Virus record (IMG/VR): IMGVR_UViG_3300021139_000135
Span: 1-25,384 of that record
Direction: 5' to 3' (one strand)
Source: a virus
Lineage: Duplodnaviria; Caudoviricetes
Length of the DNA stretch: 25,384 bases
Under the pieces are notes generated by a model, which was not told the DNA's origin, did no database searches, and saw only the letters and a program-made list of their open reading frames with translations. Positions 7,749 to 17,168 of the stretch are shown here, piece after piece; position 1 is the stretch's first letter; each line of letters starts with the position of its first letter. Position numbers and translations under genes: made by a program.

Positions 7749-9347
7749 TTATTTCTTTGAACCCTTCTTGGAAGGCTTCTTTTTCACTATCTTGTACTCA
7801 TCTCCTAGGTCATCTCCTTCTTCCTCATTGTCTTGCTGAGCTTCTTCGGCATCAAGCTGCTGCGGTTGCATGATCTCTGCCTCTTCCTGGATCTCTTTAT
7901 CCATAATCTCGATCTCGTCATCGGTTTGACGTAGAACATTACGGCGAATCCAGTTCTGGGAATAGAATTGACCCACATATGGAGCCAATTGAGTCAACAT
8001 GTTGATACGATCCTGGAGTATCTCATTGTCTTTTAATTCAGCGAAATGATTATCTTTCTTGAAGTCAATGGCTATCGCCTCACGGATCATTGGCCAATCT
8101 TCTTCAGTAATGACCTGCTTTAGAATCAATTGAGTTCTGAGTAACTCCATGAATAGGAGCGAGAACTTCTTACGAAGCTTATCAACGAACTTCTGGAACT
8201 TGATCTCGTCACGAGTGATCTCTGAGGATTTACCGATATTGAAACCAGTCTCTGGTTCCATACGAGATATCGGAACATTCAGAGCACGATATAACTTCTT
8301 CTGGAAAAATATGATGTCATCGATCTGGCCTAGATTCTCACCGCCGGGTAGGGTAGTGATCTCTGTTCCACGACCACCCTCACGACGAGGTAACCAGAAG
8401 TCCTCAAGCATTGACATGTGCTTACGATCATCACGTATCTCACCAGTCGCTGAATCATATACGATCTTATTGCGATACTGATTCATGACAGTGCGTAGGT
8501 ATTCCTCTGCTTTACCCTTTGGAAGATTACCTACATCGATATAGAATATACGGCGTTCTGGTGCACGTGATAAACGATAGATCACGAGAGAATCTTCCAT
8601 GAATCGTAATTGATTCACTGGCTTGACTGCTTTGTGTAAAGCTGAGAGAACACGTTTACGCGTTGAGTCTAATATACCAGAAGGTACGTAACAGATCGCA
8701 TCTTTATTGATCTTGATACCAATATCTGATTTCTGAAGTCCACCTTCTTGATAGAGGAAGTACTCGTCCAGAGTCTTAATGATCTTTGCACCAGTCTTGA
8801 TATCGATCTCTTCTTTGACTTCACGAACCTTACGCATGCGAAGTGCATCGATGGCACGGAGTTCTTTGATACCTTCTGCTAGATTATCTTGGTCAACGAT
8901 GATGTGATAGTATAATCTACCATCGACGTACCAGCGACGGAATATATCCGTACCATTTACATTGAAATTGAGTAAACGAACGATGTTCGCGAATTCATCA
9001 CGAATCTCGTTTTTAATTGAATTTGGTTGATCTAACTTATCGAGATTCAACTCGACTGGACCTGCATCTTCATCGGTCACAACTACTTCATTTACGATAT
9101 CATCGATCGCTGCATCACACTCAGGTTGTTCGGCCGTGAGACGATACTTACGAATAAGATCGATGTCGGACTTTGCCGCGTCACCGTCCATGTCCAGATA
9201 CTGGCCATAGTAACCTCCAGCTGCAATCGCAGATGAGCCATCTTCACTTGAAGGAGGGACGAACGAGTCCGCTTGTTTTGCCAGTTTTTTCTTCTTTTCC
9301 TCTGGCGATTCTGGATTGCGAGTGATTGAGAATCCGAAAAATTCCAT
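7749..9347 (-). CDS. gp20: portal vertex protein
   Basis: 532 aa. FRRWYVDGRLYYH, IYRLSRAPERRIFYIDVGNLPKGKAEEY, EDFWLPRREGGRGTEITTLPGGENLG. Confidence 0.99.
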   Translation of the reverse strand: MEFFGFSITRNPESPEEKKKKLAKQADSFVPPSSEDGSSAIAAGGYYGQYLDMDGDAAKSDIDLIRKYRLTAEQPECDAAIDDIVNEVVVTDEDAGPVELNLDKLDQPNSIKNEIRDEFANIVRLLNFNVNGTDIFRRWYVDGRLYYHIIVDQDNLAEGIKELRAIDALRMRKVREVKEEIDIKTGAKIIKTLDEYFLYQEGGLQKSDIGIKINKDAICYVPSGILDSTRKRVLSALHKAVKPVNQLRFMEDSLVIYRLSRAPERRIFYIDVGNLPKGKAEEYLRTVMNQYRNKIVYDSATGEIRDDRKHMSMLEDFWLPRREGGRGTEITTLPGGENLGQIDDIIFFQKKLYRALNVPISRMEPETGFNIGKSSEITRDEIKFQKFVDKLRKKFSLLFMELLRTQLILKQVITEEDWPMIREAIAIDFKKDNHFAELKDNEILQDRINMLTQLAPYVGQFYSQNWIRRNVLRQTDDEIEIMDKEIQEEAEIMQPQQLDAEEAQQDNEEEGDDLGDEYKIVKKKPSKKGSKK

Positions 9348-9386
9348 GATAATGTATTAGTTGTTCAGTAGTATTTTTTGTTTTTG

Positions 9387-9426
9387 AAAAAAACGGAGGA
9401 GGACGATTTCTCGAACCCTCCCCCGT
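9387..9426 (-). terminator. rho-independent terminator after gp19
   Basis: ACGGGGGAGGG(TT)CGA-GAAA-TCGTCCTCCTCCGT followed by a T-run: a ~14-bp stem with G-U pairs, a 2-nt bulge and a GNRA loop. Confidence 0.85.
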
Positions 9427-9433
9427 ATTTATT
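9426..9433 (-). promoter_or_regulatory. late promoter variant AATAAATA (gp20)
   Basis: 7/8 match to TATAAATA, directly abutting the 5' arm of the terminator hairpin upstream of gp20. Confidence 0.6.
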
Positions 9434-9466
9434 CAAGTTTTTATAACTTTATTCTACTCAATTGTA

Positions 9467-9997
9467 TTAAACAGCTGATTCTGGAGATTCCCAGTACATC
9501 ATCTGTAATTCAACTGTGAATTCTTCGATCGCGTTTTCTGAATCGTAGCTTAAATCGATAGCTGATACGGCTGAAGGCCAAGCGCCACGGATAACGTATT
9601 GCTTTGTAACTTCTCCTGCTTTATCGAGCTGGGATACTGCCATGTCTACCATATAAGTTGCTGGATCGACAAGACCTGTATTATCAACGTTGTTATTGAT
9701 ATTGCCTACCCAACGCTCGAAAGCATTACGGATTGACATATCTGCATCGTTGATGATTGTGATACCCCAAGGATCGAATGAACGATCTCCAGCGATATTT
9801 AAGTGACGACCACGAAATGGAATCGTGATTGGTGTAACTGTGGATGCTGGTAACTGAGTAGCTTTGATCAGGAAGGAAGCGAGTTCGCTATCTCCACCTG
9901 CATAGGCTGGGAAGTTACACGTAACTTCAAATAAGTTGTTACGTGCTCCACCACCGATTAGTTTTGACTTAAAGTCATTAATTCCTAGAACTGCCAT
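9467..9997 (-). CDS. gp19: tail tube protein
   Basis: 176 aa. GGGARNNLFEV, PFRGRHLNIAGDRSFDPWGITIIND, IRNAFERW, IEEFTVEL. An AGGAG Shine-Dalgarno is present upstream. Confidence 0.98.
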   Translation of the reverse strand: MAVLGINDFKSKLIGGGARNNLFEVTCNFPAYAGGDSELASFLIKATQLPASTVTPITIPFRGRHLNIAGDRSFDPWGITIINDADMSIRNAFERWVGNINNNVDNTGLVDPATYMVDMAVSQLDKAGEVTKQYVIRGAWPSAVSAIDLSYDSENAIEEFTVELQMMYWESPESAV

Positions 9998-10046
9998 GTG
10001 AGTGTTCTCCTATTTTATAGATTGTTAATAGTATTATTAGTGATAG

Positions 10047-10054
10047 TATTTATT
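10047..10054 (-). promoter_or_regulatory. late promoter variant AATAAATA (gp19)
   Basis: 7/8 match just after the gp18 stop, about 50 nt upstream of gp19. Confidence 0.65.
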
Positions 10055-10058
10055 TGAC

Positions 10059-11768
10059 TTAGCCGGATTTTGATCCAGCTATTTCATTGAAGCTCACACC
10101 TGTGCGAGTAGCTACGAAGTTCAGAGTGATGAAGTTAATCGAGCGAGCTGGTTGGATATAGATGCTTGCTACGAATTGATTCGAATCAACTACGTTTGGT
10201 GTGTTGTTTGTGCTATCACATACTACCTTGAAAGCAGTAATACCACGGCGTCCTTGAACATCACGTAAGAATGGTTCAGTCATGTTACGGAACATTGCTT
10301 GCGTGAACTGATCATTGAACTCAAACAACTGATACTTAGCAGCTGTCGAGATTGCTTTTTCAAGAACGATGAATAAGCGACGTACATTGATACGATCGAA
10401 TGCAGAAGGTTTAGCTTGTGCAGTCTTATCTCCATAGAGAAGGATACCTTGACCTGGGAATGAGACGATCGGATTGATGCGTGCTTTGTAAAGAGTATCA
10501 CGATCAGCTTGTTTTGGATTATAAGCTAATTTTGTGACTCCTAAGAGATTACCACGGTTATAACCTGCTGGTGAGAACCAAGCATCAGCAATCATATCTG
10601 TATGAGCACAGAGACCTGCGATATGTCCGCAAGCTGGAATCCAGATATAAGTGTCGCTGTATTTGTTATAAACCTTTAGAGCAGTTGAATCCATTACAGC
10701 ATAAGATGTGGAAGTGATTGCATTTCCCCAAGTTGTAAGAGCTGTGACAGGATCGCTGTTGTTAACAGTTGCACTGATTGGTGGTGATAAGAATGCGACT
10801 ACATCCTTACGAGCTTCTGCGATACTGACTAATTCGCCAGAGATTACGCCACCAGAATCTGGTACTGCAAAGAGTAAGTTTACATCAACTGTTTCAGCGT
10901 CACCTAAGACCTGAAGAGCTGTTTGGATATCGCCTGTTGCAGGAGCTAAGTTAGTACCACCTGAGAACGTATAAGTGACAGGAGAGATACCAGTTGATAA
11001 GAATGCGCCACCAACTGTAGCAGCTGTGCTACCAGCGTTAGTGAAAGTAACAGGATGTGCTAACCACCATGCGTACTTTGAACCTGAGTTCAATACGTTT
11101 ACATAGTAGTTTGAAGTACCATCCGAGGTAACTGCGTCTGAAGCAAGAGATAGGAATGGGAATGTTTCAAGAACAGTTCCTGGAGTACCAGTAAAGATTC
11201 CGTTAACATCTACTACAACCACGTGAACTTCGTCTTCTGAAGCGCCGAGTGAAGCTGCATAATCAGATGTACCAGGAGCAGCAGTGAATAAGCTCTTATA
11301 ATCCCAGCTTGTAAAACCTGTTGGGTTGTTTGCAGGGAACATGGAGAGACCTAAGCTATTGCCTAGAGTACCTGCCCATTTTGCTGCGAATTCACCAACT
11401 GTGTTTGTGCCAGTTGTAAGACCTTCATAAGCATCGTGATTTGCGATCAGTATGCCATGGGAACCGGAGTGACCAGTTGAAGCATTAAGAACAGTAGAAC
11501 CGCCGGCAAGAGTACCAGCACGGACTACTTTTAATGCGTTGCCATACTTCAAGAAGGAAGCTGCGGTGAAGAATGATTCTGCTGTTGTGTTTGTTGGAGC
11601 ACCAAAGTTTGTAACAAGATCCTTTTCGAATCCGACTGTTACATACTCATTGATTGGACCCCACTCGAAAGCACCGGCGTATCCACCAATAGAGGTAGAA
11701 ACCGCTGGTACGACATTGGTTAGATCAACTTCGTTGACCTGAACTCCTGGAGAAACTAAAAATGCCAT
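10059..11768 (-). CDS. gp18: contractile tail sheath protein
   Basis: 569 aa. MAFLVSPGVQVNEVDLT, WFSPAGYNRG, SAFDRINVRRLF, PARSINFITLNFVATRTGVSF. Confidence 0.98.
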   Translation of the reverse strand: MAFLVSPGVQVNEVDLTNVVPAVSTSIGGYAGAFEWGPINEYVTVGFEKDLVTNFGAPTNTTAESFFTAASFLKYGNALKVVRAGTLAGGSTVLNASTGHSGSHGILIANHDAYEGLTTGTNTVGEFAAKWAGTLGNSLGLSMFPANNPTGFTSWDYKSLFTAAPGTSDYAASLGASEDEVHVVVVDVNGIFTGTPGTVLETFPFLSLASDAVTSDGTSNYYVNVLNSGSKYAWWLAHPVTFTNAGSTAATVGGAFLSTGISPVTYTFSGGTNLAPATGDIQTALQVLGDAETVDVNLLFAVPDSGGVISGELVSIAEARKDVVAFLSPPISATVNNSDPVTALTTWGNAITSTSYAVMDSTALKVYNKYSDTYIWIPACGHIAGLCAHTDMIADAWFSPAGYNRGNLLGVTKLAYNPKQADRDTLYKARINPIVSFPGQGILLYGDKTAQAKPSAFDRINVRRLFIVLEKAISTAAKYQLFEFNDQFTQAMFRNMTEPFLRDVQGRRGITAFKVVCDSTNNTPNVVDSNQFVASIYIQPARSINFITLNFVATRTGVSFNEIAGSKSG

Positions 11769-11825
11769 ATTCGTGATGAGTTAGATGTTAATAAGAAACA
11801 TAATACGAGGAATTCAATATTACTA

Positions 11826-11839
11826 CTATTTATAAATAG
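11826..11839. promoter_or_regulatory. palindromic late promoter CTATTTATAAATAG (gp18; TATAAATA on both strands)
   Basis: TATAAATA on the minus strand at 11834-11827 and on the plus strand at 11831-11838, inside a perfect 14-bp palindrome. Confidence 0.85.
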
Positions 11840-11846
11840 CAAGCTT

Positions 11847-13463
11847 TTAGAACAACCAGTTGTTGTTCACTTCTTCCCAGACATTACCCTCATTATCAAC
11901 CTCGTACTTCTCCTTGAGATCTTCCTTCTCAGAGAATACGCCGACTGGAGCGATATCGTCCTCAGCGAGCTTTAATCTCTCAGCGTATAACATGGTTTTA
12001 AGGTCCACGTTGGCCATTTCAGCAAAATGATCCGTGGCGGCAAACCAAGCAAATAAGACTAGATTCATGACTAAATCGTCATGGTTTCCATCAGAAGCTG
12101 CATAGGAATCCCCATCTTCCTCAAAAGTACTTAATTCAGCGATTGTATCAGCATCGGTAACAACGAGCTTTCTTGTCTCGATCATGTCCTTTAAATGAGA
12201 ACAGCCTATCCTTTTGGTTCTCTTTGTCATTGTAACTCCAATAGAAGCGGCTTTTACTGCAGATTCCACGAACATATTCTCGTATTCAAGATCGTAATAT
12301 AATCCATTGCATACAACTCCACCTGAGTCATTGGATTCCACTAATACATAAGCGTTATTATAGGTCTTGGCATACTTGTATATGGTATCAGGGAATAAGA
12401 GTGGAGACATCAGGTTATTCCTATATGATGCAACGACTTTACAAGGTTTGACCGAGATATCGATTATTGAGAACGTGGATGAATCTTGGCCTCTTCCTTT
12501 GGCCACGTCCACCGTCATGATGTAGTTATGACTTGGTATCGGATCCTCGTATATGCAAGCTTTCTCGACAGTTCGAATTGGATTAGTTGCTCGAAGAGAA
12601 AGAAGGGTTTCAGCATTAATGAGTGTGGATCCAGTTCCTACGAACGAATTACCGAATTCTTGTTCAAATTGAAGTGGTGATGTATTGGCGATCGTCTGAG
12701 CTTTCCAGTTCTCATCTCTTCCAGGAACATCCCACCAATCGACTCGAAATGGTTTATATGAATTTGTACCCTGAACAGCACCTTCCCAGAGCTTATGATA
12801 TGTGTTACCTACACCATTTGCGGTGGATGTAATAATGACTCGAGAGGTTTGACCGGATGTAATTACTGGATAAGTCGAGGTATAGAAAGTGCCTGCCTTC
12901 TCAACGAAAGCGAACTCGTCCAGGAATAGAAGATTGACGGAGAGACCACGGATAGAGGATCCTGAGGTTGCCGAGGCTATGATCCTGGAGTTGTTTGAGA
13001 ACTCAATAGACCTTTTATTTAAAGCTTTACATCCAGGCTGCAAGAAGAAAGGAAGATTCTCAAGTGCAAGTGTAATACGCGCCAACATTTCCTGTGATGT
13101 GGAACCCTTATTTGCAAGGACTGCGATCGTCTTATCTGGCTGGAAGACTGCGTACCAGAGGATGTATATGACTGAGGAGATAGATTTACCAGACTGACGA
13201 CAGGCAAGAACGATCGAGAATCGATTCTGATTGAAGTGCTCGAACATTCTTTTCTGATAAGGATACGGTTCAAATGGAACTAGTCCTTTATCCAGACTGA
13301 TCACCTTCACGTAAGTCTTCGCGAAGTAGACCGGATCCTTCATACACTTGAGGTATTCGGAAACTTCTTGGTCAGTGAACTGCTGATTCACTCCATCTCG
13401 CTTGACCTGAGGGTTTCCCAGGTATCCAAGATGGGCTGGTTTAATGAACATCTGTGACGCCAT
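11847..13463 (-). CDS. gp17: terminase large subunit
   Basis: 538 aa. Walker A ACRQSGKS, Walker B LLFLDEFAF, motif C ITSTANG, nuclease MTVDVAKGRGQDSS and HDDLVM. Overlaps gp16 by 23 nt. Confidence 0.98.
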   Translation of the reverse strand: MASQMFIKPAHLGYLGNPQVKRDGVNQQFTDQEVSEYLKCMKDPVYFAKTYVKVISLDKGLVPFEPYPYQKRMFEHFNQNRFSIVLACRQSGKSISSVIYILWYAVFQPDKTIAVLANKGSTSQEMLARITLALENLPFFLQPGCKALNKRSIEFSNNSRIIASATSGSSIRGLSVNLLFLDEFAFVEKAGTFYTSTYPVITSGQTSRVIITSTANGVGNTYHKLWEGAVQGTNSYKPFRVDWWDVPGRDENWKAQTIANTSPLQFEQEFGNSFVGTGSTLINAETLLSLRATNPIRTVEKACIYEDPIPSHNYIMTVDVAKGRGQDSSTFSIIDISVKPCKVVASYRNNLMSPLLFPDTIYKYAKTYNNAYVLVESNDSGGVVCNGLYYDLEYENMFVESAVKAASIGVTMTKRTKRIGCSHLKDMIETRKLVVTDADTIAELSTFEEDGDSYAASDGNHDDLVMNLVLFAWFAATDHFAEMANVDLKTMLYAERLKLAEDDIAPVGVFSEKEDLKEKYEVDNEGNVWEEVNNNWLF

Positions 13464-13887
13464 CTGTGGAGAGTTTTGCTAAGAGATGTTTTTGTAAATC
13501 TGAAGTGGAACCAACGAACAAGTTATTATTTGTTGTGGTCGTTGCCTGAGCTTTTTCCTCGGTCTTTTTCTTGATCGCCTTCTTATCTTTCTGGAGATCC
13601 ATCAGCTTCTGAGTCATGTCAGAAGTATTCTTTAACATTGTGGATAGAACTTCAAATGCTCTTGGATGCTCGGAGTTTGTCGCAAGCTCCATCATGCTAT
13701 CGATGGCATGATTTGATTTGTCCACAAGATCTCGATAAGTTTTTCTGGAGAACTCGTAGTCATCGTCGATGTCTTTCTCGTCCTTAATAGGTTGAGGAAT
13801 CGCGACTGGAGCCTGAGCTGAAGATATTACCGGAGGAAGGTTCTCCTCAAGGTTTTTCTTGATCTCTTCTGGTGTTAATTTTTCCAT
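13441..13887 (-). CDS. gp16: terminase small subunit
   Basis: 148 aa. DDDYEFSRKTY, SEHPRAFEV, TNNNLFVGSTSDLQK. Confidence 0.95.
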   Translation of the reverse strand: MEKLTPEEIKKNLEENLPPVISSAQAPVAIPQPIKDEKDIDDDYEFSRKTYRDLVDKSNHAIDSMMELATNSEHPRAFEVLSTMLKNTSDMTQKLMDLQKDKKAIKKKTEEKAQATTTTNNNLFVGSTSDLQKHLLAKLSTDGVTDVH

Positions 13888-13905
13888 GATATAGATCTCT
13901 CAGTG

Positions 13906-14889
13906 TTATACGTCGTAGGTCGGAGTGATTCCAGTGATCGTTCGAGTCGTATTTGACTGTTGACCCACAAGAGTCTCATTGACCTTAAAGATACCAGTTG
14001 CGTCTTTGACTAAAAGAACTCCGTCTGTAAAAGATACAACATGAGCGTTTGTTCCAGATGTTGTACCCAGAACCTGTTCTCCATCAAGATACAATCCAGT
14101 TCCTGCACTCATTCCAAGATTGAACGATGTGGTATTTGTAAAGAAAGAGATTGAGTTTAAAATCTGATGTGACAGAGCTTCTGTGGCCGTCAATGGATCC
14201 ACACTCGCAGTGATTCTCTCGATTGGTTGACCAGTTTCACCATTGAGTATATCTGCAATGACTTGTTTGACCACACTCGTACTCTGAGTTGGTCCATAGA
14301 AGCGAACTCTCAATTCAAACGTAAGAGTATAGATGATCGCTCTACGAGTCATGAAGTCGCCCTCGTAGTCTTCAGTCATGACGACATTCGTGAGAACAAT
14401 TGGTATATCGTTTCGAATATCCATTCCCTCAACGTCTTTCATCGTGACTGTATACTCTGGCTGAAAGTAAGGAAGTATCTGCTCAACGATCTGTAATGCA
14501 TCGTCTTGATTCTTTGCCATGATCGAGAGTTCAATGCCCATACGATACGGAGCGAATTGACGAATCGTCGTCTTTGTCATTGGATCAGCTGCGTTATCAG
14601 CAGAGATCATGTTGTTACGATTGATCTTTGTCGAGGCGTCATAGACCATCGTTACGATCTCAAAGCTCATGCGAGGGAGCTTGATCGCAACCTTTGGAGC
14701 ATTGAGATCTGGCTGTTCATCGATACGGGCCAGAAACTTTTGCTTTGGTCCATACGCCAGAGGAACTCTCTGGATATTGATAACTTTACCGGTTTGATCA
14801 CGACGAACCACGGAAATGTTATTGAAGACCGTACCGAATACCGATACGATCTTACGAATTGTCGCGTGATAAAAATGAGTCGTGAGCAT
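13906..14889 (-). CDS. gp15: tail sheath terminator with a C-terminal extra beta domain
   Basis: 327 aa. HFYHATIRKIVSVFGTVFNNI, VPLAYGPKQKFLARI, LPRMSFEI, QIVEQILPYFQP, DYEGDFMTRRAIIYTLTF. Confidence 0.96.
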   Translation of the reverse strand: MLTTHFYHATIRKIVSVFGTVFNNISVVRRDQTGKVINIQRVPLAYGPKQKFLARIDEQPDLNAPKVAIKLPRMSFEIVTMVYDASTKINRNNMISADNAADPMTKTTIRQFAPYRMGIELSIMAKNQDDALQIVEQILPYFQPEYTVTMKDVEGMDIRNDIPIVLTNVVMTEDYEGDFMTRRAIIYTLTFELRVRFYGPTQSTSVVKQVIADILNGETGQPIERITASVDPLTATEALSHQILNSISFFTNTTSFNLGMSAGTGLYLDGEQVLGTTSGTNAHVVSFTDGVLLVKDATGIFKVNETLVGQQSNTTRTITGITPTYDV

Positions 14890-14900
14890 ATTTAATTATA

Positions 14901-16109
14901 TCAGTCTATCGTAACGCCAGATCCAGATAGCATCCACGTGTCAGTATCAATTTTTAATAGAGTCACCATGCTATTTGCTGGAACATCATACCCACCTGCA
15001 GCATAGTTTAAACCAGAAACATAGAGATATGTTGTGCTTGGAGTAACTGCATTTACAAAGATAGGGCAAGTTTGACCAGTGACAATCACGATCTTTGATC
15101 CTATAGGGAATGGAGTTACTGCATTAGTTGGTATGAGATACTCTACATAATTTGTGACAGTGTTTGCGTATATGTGGCAACCACGATCCGATAGCTGAAG
15201 CGTATAATTTGCTAGCTGCTTATTCTGAGGAACGTCAATGATCGATGTCCCATTATTGTATAGAATATCGCCATTTGGTGGAAGAATAAGTTTACCATCT
15301 GCAGTGTAAATGAGAACACTTGTATTTGCAGAAAATTCAAATCCACTAGGACTTGCAAAACTTGCATTTCCATTTGCCGAAATTGGGAAATTTAAAGTAC
15401 CTGAATTGTCAAACTGCCAATAATAGGCATATGTAGGACTCTCAGTCCAGTCTGCGTTCTTGATCCAAACGCCATCAGGCAGTGTTTGAACTTGAGAATA
15501 AAGAGATGGAGTAACAAAATAAGCATCACCGGGACCATTGAGGAAATCACCTGGATCGCTTGGATACTCAAGAGTCACACTGTTTATTGTTGAACCAGTG
15601 CACATATAAGTTCCTGGATAACCACCTGCAGCATAAACGATGTAGTGATATCCTGTGACAGGAATTGAACTCTGTGTTCCAATATCAAACGTGACTTCAA
15701 ATGGACCAGTTCCAGTTTTTGAAGTTACTGCATTGATGTAAATTGGTGCTCTACCTAAGCTAGGATCTTGGTCACGAACATGCCAACGAAGAGCAGCTGA
15801 AGAACTCGAAGCAACAATGATTCCTTCTCCATCGATTGCGTTTGATATACGCTGAGTGTTTACTGTTGGGTAACCCCAGAGAGTCGTCTTAATGCCTTGA
15901 ATACCAACTCCAGATCCAGCAGGTCCTTGTGTACCAGTTGTACCCTGTACTCCATTTGCTCCTGAAAAACCTTGGATACCCTGAGCGCCTTGAACTCCAC
16001 GACTATAAAGATCAGTGAAGTTTGCGTTCGTCTTTGTGAAAGCTGTTCGTAATGCATCGCCAGACTTGTCGTTGGCGGCTGAACCAATATTGATAAGTTG
16101 TTGTGCCAT
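14901..16109 (-). CDS. putative virion fibre: gp9/gp10-type N-terminal anchor, short collagen segment, C-terminal fibre-tip-like domain
   Basis: 402 aa. N-terminal QQLINIGSAANDKSGDALRTAFTKTNANFTDLY (T4 gp9/gp10 N-terminal-like), then GVQGAQGIQ... repeats, then C-terminal NYTLQLSDRG...IPTNAVTPFPIGS...LLKIDTDTWMLSG, a type seen at the ends of phage fibre proteins. Confidence 0.75.
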   Translation of the reverse strand: MAQQLINIGSAANDKSGDALRTAFTKTNANFTDLYSRGVQGAQGIQGFSGANGVQGTTGTQGPAGSGVGIQGIKTTLWGYPTVNTQRISNAIDGEGIIVASSSSAALRWHVRDQDPSLGRAPIYINAVTSKTGTGPFEVTFDIGTQSSIPVTGYHYIVYAAGGYPGTYMCTGSTINSVTLEYPSDPGDFLNGPGDAYFVTPSLYSQVQTLPDGVWIKNADWTESPTYAYYWQFDNSGTLNFPISANGNASFASPSGFEFSANTSVLIYTADGKLILPPNGDILYNNGTSIIDVPQNKQLANYTLQLSDRGCHIYANTVTNYVEYLIPTNAVTPFPIGSKIVIVTGQTCPIFVNAVTPSTTYLYVSGLNYAAGGYDVPANSMVTLLKIDTDTWMLSGSGVTID

Positions 16110-16118
16110 GATAAGTGA

Positions 16119-17162
16119 TTATTCCTGAGTATCTGCTGTTAGAATTGTAGAGTCTGCGGTAAATGCGATGCTGTCTGCTCCATAAGATGGAGATATAACT
16201 GGAGGTGATTCCACGAAATTAACTTCACCAAAAGGATTGCTCTCGCTGAAATCGATAACCGAGTTACCCTGAACTTCGAAGTCACGATTCTGAGCTTGAC
16301 GATCGTTATTCACAAACGTGAGATTGGTGTCGGTATCAGCGATATCATAGACTCGAGTGATTGACCAAGCGACTCCAGACTTCTGACCAACTAAAGCATC
16401 AGCAGAACCAGTACTTGCCTGGAACATTCCATATTCTCCAGTGTTCGTGCTGATCTCGCCAATTGCAACCTTTAATGGATCTGTTGAAACTTCTTGGATA
16501 TAACGAAGCACCTTTCCATAGATCTCGACTGAGTTGCTTGTCTCTGTTGCAGGAGAAAGAGTTTGAGTGACCATTTCTCCGATCGTAAACTTCTGGCCTG
16601 AGCCAGAGATCTGGAGGTATGTTTCTGTACTGAAGTTTTGTTCGAGCTTGTCGACCTCCGAGTTTCCAGTATCGACCACTTCGTTGTTGTATTCGAAGAG
16701 TTCGCACTGTAACTTGAAGACTGGAACTTGAGTTAATTGATAGAAAGGAGATTGATGCTCAACGAACTTGATGTCAAAGAAAGACTTCGTGAGCGGGAAG
16801 TATAATAGGTCACCTTCCTCTGGACGGTCAGATATGATACCATTGTTCCAGACGCCAACGAGCTTGGACCATTGTTTCTTGGAGACAACGAATGTTGCTT
16901 GTTCACGAATCTGAAGGCCAAACTTACTCATGAAGATACCGTCTCCACCAAATCCCTCGGTGTTCTCGATGTACATCTCAATCATGTATGCTTCATCAAA
17001 GCGTGACTCGATGTCTTCATTTAGGATTAGGTCACGAGAGACCATGTTCCTAGGCAGATAGTACAATTCGAATCCGTAGATCTTCAAAGCCTCGATCACA
17101 AGATCTTCTACAAGATTTTGTTCGGACTTTGTGCCTTGACTGAAGAATACGTTGCGTGGCAT
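16119..17162 (-). CDS. gp14: neck / head completion protein with C-terminal extension
   Basis: 347 aa. EQNLVEDLVIEALKIYG, YYLPR, MSKFGLQIR, RPEEGDLLYFPL, FVEHQSPFYQL, CELFEY, IDFSESNPFG. Confidence 0.96.
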   Translation of the reverse strand: MPRNVFFSQGTKSEQNLVEDLVIEALKIYGFELYYLPRNMVSRDLILNEDIESRFDEAYMIEMYIENTEGFGGDGIFMSKFGLQIREQATFVVSKKQWSKLVGVWNNGIISDRPEEGDLLYFPLTKSFFDIKFVEHQSPFYQLTQVPVFKLQCELFEYNNEVVDTGNSEVDKLEQNFSTETYLQISGSGQKFTIGEMVTQTLSPATETSNSVEIYGKVLRYIQEVSTDPLKVAIGEISTNTGEYGMFQASTGSADALVGQKSGVAWSITRVYDIADTDTNLTFVNNDRQAQNRDFEVQGNSVIDFSESNPFGEVNFVESPPVISPSYGADSIAFTADSTILTADTQE

Positions 17163-17168
17163 CGTGTA

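Noticed and set aside
1096-13463. Introns, inteins or homing endonucleases in uvsW, gp23, gp20 or gp17
   Set aside because: All are uninterrupted, of normal length and tightly packed, with no intein or endonuclease motifs.
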